A stretch of 12,109 nt of DNA, from the IMG/VR virus record IMGVR_UViG_3300019790_000026, positions 1 through 12,109 of that record, one strand, 5' to 3'. Of the stretch, positions 1 to 7,148 are shown piece by piece. The translations under genes were made by a program, and so were the position numbers. Within the stretch, counting starts at the first letter, position 1. Every line of letters starts with the position of its first letter. The notes beneath the pieces are model-generated. The model did no database searches. It had not been told where the DNA came from and was given only the letters and a program-made list of their open reading frames with translations. The DNA is from a virus (taxonomy: Duplodnaviria; Heunggongvirae; Uroviricota; Caudoviricetes).

Positions 1-264
1 TTCCTCGATCCGGTGTTGTCGTTGTCTCAGCAGTGCACTGGTCTGTTCTGCTTCGGCATAGAGCCGCGCCTGCTCCCGGTTATTGGTTTCAGTCAGAATG
101 GACAGGCTGATAAGCTGGCTGTTTTTCTTCGTCAGTTCCTGCGCTTTACTTTTCAGCGCCGCGCGCTGCGTTTCGATGGTGTGGCTGGCGCTGTTAAGCC
201 GCCACGACTGCCAGCCCAGCGCAACGAGTGCCAGCGCCACCACTACTGCCAGCGCACGCGTCAT
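1..264 (-). CDS. Rz/LysB-like i-spanin, partial (3-prime end lies beyond the left edge)
   Basis: Minus-strand ATG at 264..262 preceded by AAGGAG. Translation MTRALAVVVALALVALGWQSW... has an N-terminal transmembrane segment followed by a charged, coiled-coil-like region, as in Rz-family spanins. The start overlaps the upstream stop as ATGA. Confidence 0.6.
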   Translation of the reverse strand, partial: MTRALAVVVALALVALGWQSWRLNSASHTIETQRAALKSKAQELTKKNSQLISLSILTETNNREQARLYAEAEQTSALLRQRQHRIEE

Positions 265-458
265 AGTCCAGCTCCTTTAAGGCACCAGGCCATCTCCCGC
301 GCACGGCGGTTATCCAGCCCCTGATTAAACACACCTTTTACATAAACCCAGCGCGGCAACTGTCGGCACGCATCTGCCCAGCGCCGCTGATTGAGCAATT
401 TCACCAGTGTGGAACTACAGGCATTGCCCGTTGCTGCTTCTGCAGAGCAGACTCCAGT
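261..458 (-). pseudogene. C-terminal fragment of a GH24 (T4/P22-type) phage lysozyme, 5-prime truncated
   Basis: Minus-strand frame ending in TGA at 263..261 translates to ...LLNQRRWADACRQLPRWVYVKGVFNQGLDNRRAREMAWCLKGAGL, which resembles the conserved C-terminus of phage lysozymes. There is no start codon, and an in-frame stop sits at 459-461, so only about 65 codons remain. Confidence 0.45.
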
Positions 459-546
459 TCAGACAGGCGTTCTTCCTGCTCAGACAGAGATTTTTCGGTT
501 CGCGCGCTCAGGTTTTGCTGCTCAGTGGCGACCAGCTCCACGGCTC

Positions 547-2472
547 ATGACAGTGAAAGCAAAGCGTTTTCGCATCGGGGTGGAAGGTGCCACCACCGAC
601 GGACGCGAAATCCAGCGTGAATGGCTGGAACAGATGGCAGCCAGCTACAACCCGGCGGTGTATACCGCGCTGATTAACCTTGAGCACATCAAGTCTTATC
701 TGCCGGACAGCACCTTTAACCGCTACGGCAAGGTGACGGCGCTGTTTGCTGAGGAAATCACGGAAGGTCCGCTGGCAGGCAAGATGGCGCTGTATGCCGA
801 CGTTGAGCCAACGGAGTCCCTGGTGGAACTGGTGAAAAAACGCGACAAGTGGGGTGACTATGGGCCGCTGGATCAGATGCAGCTCACCACCGCCGCACGC
901 TACTGCCAGCTCATTATGAAGGAGCACAAAGAAGGGAAAGATTTCAAAGAGATTGACCTGCTGGCGCGCCAGTCGGAGCGCCATGCGCGGATCGGCAAGT
1001 TTAACAATGGCGGCAACGAAGCCGACTTAAACCCTAACGTCGCCAACCGCAACAAAGGCCCGCGTCGTCAGCCGGAAAAGAACGTTTTCACCGATGAACA
1101 GATTGAGAAGCTGGAAGAAATCTTCCATTCCTCCATGTTCAACTACCAGCGCCACTGGTGGGAAGCCGGAAAAACCAACCGCATCCGCAACCTGCTGAAG
1201 TCACGCCAGATCGGCGCGACCTTCTATTTTGCCCGTGAAGCCCTGATTGACGCCCTGCTAACCGGGCGTAACCAGATTTTCCTTTCCGCCAGCAAGGCAC
1301 AGGCCCACGTCTTTAAGCAGTACATCATCGACTTCGCCAAAGAAGTGGAGGTGGAGCTGAAAGGCGATCCGATAGTGCTTCCTAACGGGGCCACGCTGTA
1401 CTTCCTCGGCACCAATGCCCGCACGGCCCAGAGTTACCACGGCAACCTGTATCTGGATGAATATTTCTGGATACCGAAATTCCAAGAGCTGCGCAAAGTG
1501 GCTTCCGGTATGGCTATTCACAAAAAATGGCGACAAACCTATTTTTCCACGCCATCCAGCCTGACACACAGTGCTTATCCGTTCTGGTCCGGTGCGCTGT
1601 TCAACCGTGGGCGCAACAAAGCCGACAAGGTGGACATCGACCTGTCCCACAGCAATCTGGCCCCCGGCCTGCTGTGCACAGACGGGCAATACCGCCAGAT
1701 AGTCACCGTGGAAGATGCGGTGCGCGGCGGCTGTAACCTGTTCGACCTCGACCAGCTACGCATGGAGTACAGCCCGGACGAATACCAGAACCTGCTGATG
1801 TGCGAGTTCGTGGACGATCTCGCGTCCGTGTTCCCGCTCAGCGAGCTGCAAGCGTGCATGGTGGACAGTTGGGAAATCTGGACCGACTTTCATGCACTGG
1901 CCCTGCGCCCGTTTGGCTGGCGCGAAGTGTGGATCGGTTATGACCCGGCAAAAGGTACGCAGAACGGCGACAGTGCCGGATGCGTGGTGGTGGCACCGCC
2001 AGCCGTGCCGGGTGGTAAGTTCCGCATTCTTGAGCGTCACCAGTGGCGCGGGATGGACTTCCGCGCCCAGGCTGACGCCATCAAAAAACTGACCGAGCAG
2101 TACAACGTGACCTACATCGGCATCGACTCGACAGGTGTCGGCCACGGGGTTTACGAGAACGTGAAAGCGTTTTTTCCAGCCGTCCGGGAGTTTGTCTACA
2201 ACCCCAACGTTAAAAACGCCCTGGTACTCAAGGCCTACGACATTATCAGTCACCGTCGTCTGGAGTTTGACGCCGGACACACCGACATAGCGCAGTCATT
2301 TATGGCAATCCGTCGCGCCACCACCGCCAGCGGCAACCGCCCAACCTATGAAGCCAGCCGCAGCGAAGAAGCCAGCCATGCCGATCTGGCCTGGGCAACA
2401 ATGCACGCACTGTTTAACGAACCGCTGCAGGGCGAGTCCGCCAATACCAGCAATATTGTGGAGATTTTTTGA
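547..2472 (+). CDS. Terminase ATPase/large subunit (P2 gpP-like) with a foreign N-terminus resembling capsid scaffold/protease gpO (apparent fusion)
   Basis: From about codon 98 onward (KRDKWGD..., DFKEIDLL, SRQIGATFYFAREAL, NQIFLSASKAQAHVFK, LYFLGTNARTAQSYHGN) the ORF matches my recollection of the GpP terminase family. Residues 1-97 (KRFRIGVEGATTDGREI...INLEH...FNRYGKV) match the GPO scaffold N-terminal motifs. ATG at 547 is preferred over the tracked TTG at 391. The stop overlaps the portal start. Confidence 0.7.
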   Translation: MTVKAKRFRIGVEGATTDGREIQREWLEQMAASYNPAVYTALINLEHIKSYLPDSTFNRYGKVTALFAEEITEGPLAGKMALYADVEPTESLVELVKKRDKWGDYGPLDQMQLTTAARYCQLIMKEHKEGKDFKEIDLLARQSERHARIGKFNNGGNEADLNPNVANRNKGPRRQPEKNVFTDEQIEKLEEIFHSSMFNYQRHWWEAGKTNRIRNLLKSRQIGATFYFAREALIDALLTGRNQIFLSASKAQAHVFKQYIIDFAKEVEVELKGDPIVLPNGATLYFLGTNARTAQSYHGNLYLDEYFWIPKFQELRKVASGMAIHKKWRQTYFSTPSSLTHSAYPFWSGALFNRGRNKADKVDIDLSHSNLAPGLLCTDGQYRQIVTVEDAVRGGCNLFDLDQLRMEYSPDEYQNLLMCEFVDDLASVFPLSELQACMVDSWEIWTDFHALALRPFGWREVWIGYDPAKGTQNGDSAGCVVVAPPAVPGGKFRILERHQWRGMDFRAQADAIKKLTEQYNVTYIGIDSTGVGHGVYENVKAFFPAVREFVYNPNVKNALVLKAYDIISHRRLEFDAGHTDIAQSFMAIRRATTASGNRPTYEASRSEEASHADLAWATMHALFNEPLQGESANTSNIVEIF

Positions 2473-3497
2473 TGGGAAAGAGTAAGAAAAACCGCGCTGC
2501 GGCGACGAACCAGATCCAGCATAAAAACCAAACTTCAGCCGAAGCATTCAGCTTCGGTGATCCCGTTCCTGTTCTGGACCGCCGCGAATTACTGGACTAT
2601 GTGGAATGCGTAAAGATGGACCGCTGGTATGAGCCACCCGTAAGTTTTGACGGACTGGCGCGAACATTCCGCGCCGCCGTACACCACAGTTCACCGATTG
2701 CAGTAAAGTGCAACATTCTGACCAGCACCTACATCCCTCACCCGCTGCTCAGCCAGCAGGCGTTTTCACGTTTTGTGCAGGACTATCTGGTTTTTGGTAA
2801 CGCCTACCTGGAGAAACGCACGAACCGATTCGGTGAAGTTATCGCCCTTGAGCCTGCGCTGGCAAAATACACCCGACGCGGATTAGACCTAGATACCTAC
2901 TGGTTTGTGCAATACGGCATGACCACGCAGCCGTATCAGTTCACGAAAGGCAGCATTTTTCATCTGATGGAACCGGACATCAACCAGGAGATCTACGGCC
3001 TGCCCGGCTATCTTTCTGCCATCCCATCCGCCCTGCTCAACGAGTCCGCCACGCTGTTCCGCCGAAAGTATTACATTAACGGTAGTCATGCAGGCTTCAT
3101 CATGTACATGACCGATGCCGCGCAGAACCAGGAAGATGTGAACAACCTCCGCAATGCGATGAAAAGTGCCAAAGGCCCTGGCAACTTCCGCAACCTGTTT
3201 ATGTACTCGCCTAATGGTAAAAAAGACGGACTTCAGATTATCCCGTTGTCAGAAGTCACAGCGAAGGATGAGTTTCTGAATATCAAGAACGTGAGCCGTG
3301 ATGACATGATGGCGGCACACCGCGTGCCGCCGCAAATGATGGGAATTATGCCTAATAATGTCGGGGGGTTTGGGGATGTGGAGAAGGCTAGCAAGGTATT
3401 CGTAAGAAACGAATTGATGCCCCTGCAGAAACGATTGCAGGAACTAAATAACTGGTTGGACGAAGAAGTGCTCAATTTTTCAACCTATGAGCTTTAG
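2472..3497 (+). CDS. Portal protein (P2 gpQ-like)
   Basis: 341-aa ORF directly after the terminase gene with TGATG stop/start overlap. Size and position match P2 Q, and the sequence resembles the gpQ portal family. ATG at 2472 is preferred over the tracked TTG at 2469. Confidence 0.85.
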   Translation: MGKSKKNRAAATNQIQHKNQTSAEAFSFGDPVPVLDRRELLDYVECVKMDRWYEPPVSFDGLARTFRAAVHHSSPIAVKCNILTSTYIPHPLLSQQAFSRFVQDYLVFGNAYLEKRTNRFGEVIALEPALAKYTRRGLDLDTYWFVQYGMTTQPYQFTKGSIFHLMEPDINQEIYGLPGYLSAIPSALLNESATLFRRKYYINGSHAGFIMYMTDAAQNQEDVNNLRNAMKSAKGPGNFRNLFMYSPNGKKDGLQIIPLSEVTAKDEFLNIKNVSRDDMMAAHRVPPQMMGIMPNNVGGFGDVEKASKVFVRNELMPLQKRLQELNNWLDEEVLNFSTYEL

Positions 3498-3502
3498 TTT
3501 TA

Positions 3503-3533
3503 AAACGAAGACCATTAGGTCTTCGCTTTATTT
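3503..3533. terminator. Bidirectional intrinsic terminator shared by the convergent portal and retron RT genes
   Basis: Hairpin CGAAGACC (3506-3513), loop ATTA, GGTCTTCG (3518-3525), flanked by an A-run on the left and CTTTATTT on the right, so it reads as stem plus U-tract on both strands. The RT stop codon lies in the loop. Confidence 0.5.
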
Positions 3534-4477
3534 AAAGGGTTCTTTCCATATTTTTTTTCTAATTTGCTAATATAAGTTATTAATCTCCTATGGCTTTTTG
3601 AATCCACACTTAAAATAAATGACAACCATCCCCTAACGTGTTCTATCTCAGAAGACTTACCGCAAAATATATGATGTATCTTTGCTCTAATTTCTTTATA
3701 TTTTTCTCTACCTATCCCAACTTTCTCTTGTGAAATAACTAAACCTGTAACTTTCCTCTGACTACGAGGCCCACTAATACAAGTTTTTTTTGAGTTAATA
3801 ACCAATCCTTCACTTGGGATTATAGAAAATAAAAAATCACGTGCTTTAACAACCTTTTTCATAGACTGTGCAGATAAGGTGAGATCATCGGCATATCTCG
3901 TATATATCAAGCCCCGACTACCTGCATAACCCTGAATACGATAATCAAGTTTAGAACATATTAGATTAGCTAATTTAGGTGATGATGGAGCACCTTGTGG
4001 TAGCAGATTTTTATAACAACATATTTTTGTCAAAACTGAAGATATTAGTCGATTATAACCAAGAGAATGGAACACTCCAAAAACTTTGTTAGCAGTTAAA
4101 CTTGGGAAAAAATCCTCCAAATCAATATTCAGTATAAAGTTTGCCCCAATATGCGGGGTAGCATTATTCAAAATAGATTGGTGCTTTTCAAATCCAATAG
4201 AAAAAGGAGATGACGACAGTTTATCTAAAATGTTACGTAGAACCCATCCTTGTAAGGCTTTAAGTTCTCGAGAAGGTTGGTAAATGGTTCTCATTCTCTT
4301 CTCTGGGCCTTTCTTTTCTACAGTGTAGATCCTATAGCGAAAATCAGCTGTATAGATTAACAACCGAAGTGTTTCAACAGATATGCGAGTCGCCTTAGAC
4401 ATGTCATGCAAATTGTTCATGACAGGTAGGCCGAGATTTCTCAATCTAAAAGTGTTCAAATATTCAGCGGATTTCAT
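3515..4477 (-). CDS. ret: Retron reverse transcriptase, Ec86 / Retron-Eco1 type
   Basis: 320-aa ORF with reverse-transcriptase motifs (NIDLEDFFPS, LPQGAPSSPKLANL, YADDLTLS) and the retron-typical VTG motif (RKVTGLVIS). The translation matches my memory of the published Ec86 RT, and the gene sits immediately downstream of the msr-msd. Confidence 0.93.
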   Translation of the reverse strand: MKSAEYLNTFRLRNLGLPVMNNLHDMSKATRISVETLRLLIYTADFRYRIYTVEKKGPEKRMRTIYQPSRELKALQGWVLRNILDKLSSSPFSIGFEKHQSILNNATPHIGANFILNIDLEDFFPSLTANKVFGVFHSLGYNRLISSVLTKICCYKNLLPQGAPSSPKLANLICSKLDYRIQGYAGSRGLIYTRYADDLTLSAQSMKKVVKARDFLFSIIPSEGLVINSKKTCISGPRSQRKVTGLVISQEKVGIGREKYKEIRAKIHHIFCGKSSEIEHVRGWLSFILSVDSKSHRRLITYISKLEKKYGKNPLNKAKT

Positions 4478-4484
4478 GAAAGTT

Positions 4485-4496
4485 GCGCACCCTTAC
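4485..4496 (-). repeat. Retron a2 inverted repeat (pairs with a1 at 4641-4652)
   Basis: 12-nt exact reverse complement of 4641-4652. Confidence 0.85.
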
Positions 4497-4639
4497 GTCA
4501 GAAAAAACGGGTTTCCTGGTTGGCTCGGAGAGCATCAGGCGATGCTCTCCGTTCCAACAAGGAAAACAGACAGTAACTCAGATTCAATGCAGGATGCCGA
4601 AACAACATCCAGAGGTTGACCTTAATGATAAACCTCTCG

Positions 4640-5563
4640 CTAAGGGTGCGCATACGGAATCTTATCATAGTTAAATGTTGATTTTCTACGGTTTTCAAAA
4701 TTCATAATCTCAAGCCGCAATCGGTCAAGTGTCTTTCTATCAAAGACGCTCCTAACATAGCTAGCCCCCAAAGCAGTGACCTGATAACCATCAGTCATTT
4801 GAAGTATTTTTCGTTCATTTATTAGACGAGAAACAACGGATCTAACAATAATTTTAGATAAAACATCATCTTGCTTTATCGCTTTAAAAGCTAGTTCACA
4901 CAGTGTGCGGTAGTTGACACTATCCAGTAAATAGATACAAGGCAATAGAAACCGCTCTGCGTATAATATATTTCCAATATCTTTTGATACTTTATTTTCT
5001 TTCCTAACCTTCTTAATAGATGCCATTAATTTTTTATATAATCGTAATTTTCTGGCAACATCAATAGATGAATCACACATTTCTTTTAGTTCATTTGAAC
5101 TACAACGCAAAACAGATTTTGAATTAAACTTACGCAACAGGCGAACAGGACCATAGTTAATAAAGCTACGTTTTGATTTAAATTTTGCATCTTGAATGCA
5201 AATCAACTTTCTCCTTAAGTTTTCATTATTAGAGAACGCACCAAGCTCTGTGAAAGACCCCGGACTTTCAGGAAATAAAATTATTACATCGACAGCTTCA
5301 GCCAGAATATTTTCTAAACTTAAAAGGCTATGCTGCCCTTGACCAGCCAAAAGATCATCAAATAGATCTTCTGGATAAAATATATCAACATCACTGAACT
5401 TTGCTAAAAATTGTGATAATTGATGACGCCAAGATTGATGATTAGCAACGTCACCACCACATAGAAAAATGGTTATTTTAATATTAGCTCCTCGATAGAA
5501 GCCTTTCTTTGTGAGATGTCCTATAAGCTGTTGTTGCTGCTCATCGGTAAATTTTTTATTCAT
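4640..5563 (-). CDS. Retron effector: nucleoside 2-deoxyribosyltransferase-like (NDT) domain with a C-terminal putative DNA-binding region
   Basis: 307-aa ORF immediately upstream of msr-msd-ret on the same strand, with RBS GGGGAGA. The N-terminal region (IFLCGGD..., ILFPESPGSFTELGAF) fits the NDT/flavodoxin-like fold with the conserved Glu. Its TAG stop overlaps the a1 repeat. Confidence 0.85.
   Translation of the reverse strand: MNKKFTDEQQQQLIGHLTKKGFYRGANIKITIFLCGGDVANHQSWRHQLSQFLAKFSDVDIFYPEDLFDDLLAGQGQHSLLSLENILAEAVDVIILFPESPGSFTELGAFSNNENLRRKLICIQDAKFKSKRSFINYGPVRLLRKFNSKSVLRCSSNELKEMCDSSIDVARKLRLYKKLMASIKKVRKENKVSKDIGNILYAERFLLPCIYLLDSVNYRTLCELAFKAIKQDDVLSKIIVRSVVSRLINERKILQMTDGYQVTALGASYVRSVFDRKTLDRLRLEIMNFENRRKSTFNYDKIPYAHP
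4641..4652 (-). repeat. Retron a1 inverted repeat; the presumed priming G follows at 4640
   Basis: 12-nt exact reverse complement of 4485-4496, at the 5-prime end of msr. Confidence 0.85.
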
Positions 5564-5704
5564 AATCTCCCCGCTTTTTTTTCTACTTTATACATCAAGT
5601 TATGAATAGATCCAATCTCCATACCACATGGCGCGCGCTCGTATCCCCGCCACGCCTGCCCGCTTTATGCAGTGGTTTTCATGCACATGCATAACATGAG
5701 CAAA

Positions 5705-5730
5705 AGCCCGCCAGTTCTGGCGGATCTGAG
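5705..5730 (-). terminator. Putative intrinsic terminator (minus-strand sense)
   Basis: Perfect hairpin CCGCCAG-N3-CTGGCGG (5708-5726) followed on the minus strand by GCTTTTGC. Confidence 0.3.
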
Positions 5731-6035
5731 CAAAGACGATCCTCAATCGATCATGCGATTTCATGCAGCATAGTCATGCACTGTCAAGGAAGTGAAAATC
5801 CGTATCTGAATGGCCACTTGAAAAACGGATCATACGGGTTTACAAAGATGAATGTTCGCTGTGAACGGGAAGCGGAAGTTAACTTTCAGATAACATAATC
5901 CATATGCACGAGAACCTCTAAAATAGAATGGGACACCTAAGCGGGGTACTTACAACGATTCTTTCCATATTCACAGTTAACACTCTGTTTGGCGTATTTT
6001 TATTCAAATAGCAAACACCAATAAAAGGAGTTTCC

Positions 6036-6371
6036 ATGAACAATATTCCCCCTATACCACAGTTAGGAATTTATGTCTCAAAAATCGATCCCACCCTACG
6101 TATCACTGTAACCGATGTTGATATTGTTGATGGTGAGGATGATTCTCCTGATGATGAATTGTTTTATTTAGTCCACTGGATCGAGGGGGAAGATGAAAGT
6201 GATATGACAGCAATGGGATTTGAGCTAGACCCAGTAGAGTGGCAGGCTTTCGTTGAATCTGAGCAATTAGTGTTTGAGCGTGATCCGTACATGGATTCAA
6301 TCCCCGAAAATTCAAACTTGGCAAAGATTCGGGATTTTCTCATGAAGACTAAACAGAATGATCATTCGTAA
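6036..6371 (+). CDS. Hypothetical small, strongly acidic protein (111 aa)
   Basis: Strong RBS AAAAGGAG 6 nt upstream of ATG. Very Asp/Glu-rich (DVDIVDGEDDSPDDE, EGEDESD). AT-rich relative to the phage core. Divergent from the retron effector. Confidence 0.7.
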   Translation: MNNIPPIPQLGIYVSKIDPTLRITVTDVDIVDGEDDSPDDELFYLVHWIEGEDESDMTAMGFELDPVEWQAFVESEQLVFERDPYMDSIPENSNLAKIRDFLMKTKQNDHS

Positions 6372-6563
6372 GTGTAAGCATCCATCAGGAAAATGGTTTT
6401 GTAAGTGAATCATCAACTTTTAGAGAGTCTCAGACACTCCCACTTCTGCTTCTGACACAAAGCGGACGATCACTTATCAAAATAACCGCCCACCTTACGC
6501 CTTATTTCACTCATTGCCCAAACTAGCCCCCATCAGAATGAATCCTCCTGGGGGCAACATTTC

Positions 6564-6797
6564 TTAATGCAGCCAGCTGTCGTCCTCCCACACCTTCTGC
6601 ATAATTTTCATCACTTGTTTTCTTTCTTCATCCAGTTGCAGTCCGGTTAGTTCCACACCGTTAGAGCTACCTTTGCGAATGCGAATTACCGTTTTGGGAT
6701 ACAGGGGGCGCAGATTGCGGTAAAGCTCGGATTCAAGGGCGTCCAGGGTAGACTGGCTAATCTTCTGCTCTTTATCGATCATTATTTCAATGCGCAT
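6564..6797 (-). CDS. DinI-family protein (DNA-damage-inducible protein I-like)
   Basis: 77-aa product MRIEIMIDKEQKISQSTLDALESELYRNLRPLYP...VWEDDSWLH has the DinI length and pattern (MRIEV..., C-terminal acidic W motif). RBS GGTGA upstream. ATG at 6797 is preferred over the tracked 101-aa extension. Confidence 0.8.
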   Translation of the reverse strand: MRIEIMIDKEQKISQSTLDALESELYRNLRPLYPKTVIRIRKGSSNGVELTGLQLDEERKQVMKIMQKVWEDDSWLH

Positions 6798-6807
6798 AAA
6801 AGTCACC

Positions 6808-6996
6808 TCAGCTGATGACATCCATTGAGCGGTTGTATTCGTGGCTTCTGATTTTTGCCATGAGTTCATCAGTCAATTCAGAAACCCACTGCAGAGCCAG
6901 CCCCTTCTCTTCATCACTACACTCACTAGCCGCTACAAGCTTAAGAAAAAAATCAATGCGCTGGAGCTTCAAAGACTCCAAAAAATAGTCCTGCAT
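6808..6996 (-). CDS. Hypothetical 62-aa protein, first gene of the SOS-boxed operon (possibly the N-terminal part of a Tum-like antirepressor)
   Basis: ORF with strong RBS AGGAGG, directly downstream of the LexA-box promoter and 10 nt upstream of the DinI-like gene. Confidence 0.5.
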   Translation of the reverse strand: MQDYFLESLKLQRIDFFLKLVAASECSDEEKGLALQWVSELTDELMAKIRSHEYNRSMDVIS

Positions 6997-7036
6997 CTTT
7001 CCTCCTATGACACCAAAACAATACTGTATACATAAC

Positions 7037-7056
7037 CACTGTTTATATTTACAGTA
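7037..7056. promoter_or_regulatory. LexA (SOS) box overlapping a putative promoter for the orf62/DinI-like operon
   Basis: cACTGTttatatttACAGta is a perfect CTGT-N8-ACAG with AT-rich spacer. A second half-site (TACTGTATAC) lies at 7022-7031. A TTTACA / TATACT promoter-like pair is on the minus strand. Confidence 0.7.
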
Positions 7057-7148
7057 TATAATAATCTTACTGATGTAAAACGTTTTTTTACGTTCATCGG
7101 CCTGATATGCCTGGTATTATTAAGAGCACGAATTGTCAACCCGCGTAA

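Larger units (their letters stand above)
4485..4653 (-). ncRNA. msr-msd: Retron msr-msd (template/primer RNA for msDNA-Ec86)
   Basis: Minus strand reads ATGCGCACCCTTAGCGAGAGGTTTATCATTAAGGTCAACC...GACGTAAGGGTGCGCA, bounded by the a1/a2 inverted repeats TGCGCACCCTTA / TAAGGGTGCGCA, and is located directly upstream of ret. It matches my recollection of the Retron-Eco1 ncRNA. Confidence 0.9.

Noticed and set aside
13-324. Plus-strand ORFs (103 aa and 65 aa) overlapping the Rz-like gene
   Set aside because: They are antisense to a minus-strand gene with a clear RBS and family-like translation. Their products are Arg/Cys-rich and low-complexity, with no recognisable motifs.
391-546. TTG start at 391 giving a 52-aa N-terminal extension of the terminase fusion ORF
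   Set aside because: The extension (MSNFTSVELQALPVAASAEQ...) has no homology-like features. The gpO-like motif begins right after the ATG at 547, so this region is more likely 5-prime leader or promoter.
508-2280. Minus-strand ORFs inside the terminase gene (508-984, 1258-1689, 1575-1859, 1756-2280, and others)
   Set aside because: They are antisense shadow ORFs in a GC-rich coding region. The plus-strand frame carries the conserved terminase motifs.
2889-3475. Minus-strand ORFs inside the portal gene
   Set aside because: Antisense to a well-supported CDS, with no RBS or motifs.
4086-4283. Plus-strand 65-aa ORF inside the RT gene
   Set aside because: Antisense to the RT, which has unambiguous motifs.
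4383-4698. ORFs of 63-78 aa overlapping the msr-msd region on both strands
   Set aside because: The region is the structured retron ncRNA with a1/a2 repeats. These reading frames are incidental.
6103-6324. Minus-strand 73-aa ORF inside the acidic ORF
   Set aside because: It has no RBS and a His/Gln-rich low-complexity product. The plus-strand ORF has a strong RBS.
6514-6554. GCCCCCA ... TGGGGGC inverted repeat between the convergent acidic ORF and DinI-like gene as a terminator
   Set aside because: The loop is about 26 nt and there is no adjacent U-tract on either strand, so it is too weak to call.
6798-6869. 101-aa extended version of the DinI-like ORF starting at 6869
   Set aside because: DinI homology starts at MRIEIM (ATG 6797), which has its own RBS. 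The extension overlaps the upstream orf62 in another frame. It is kept only as evidence for a possible frameshifted tum.
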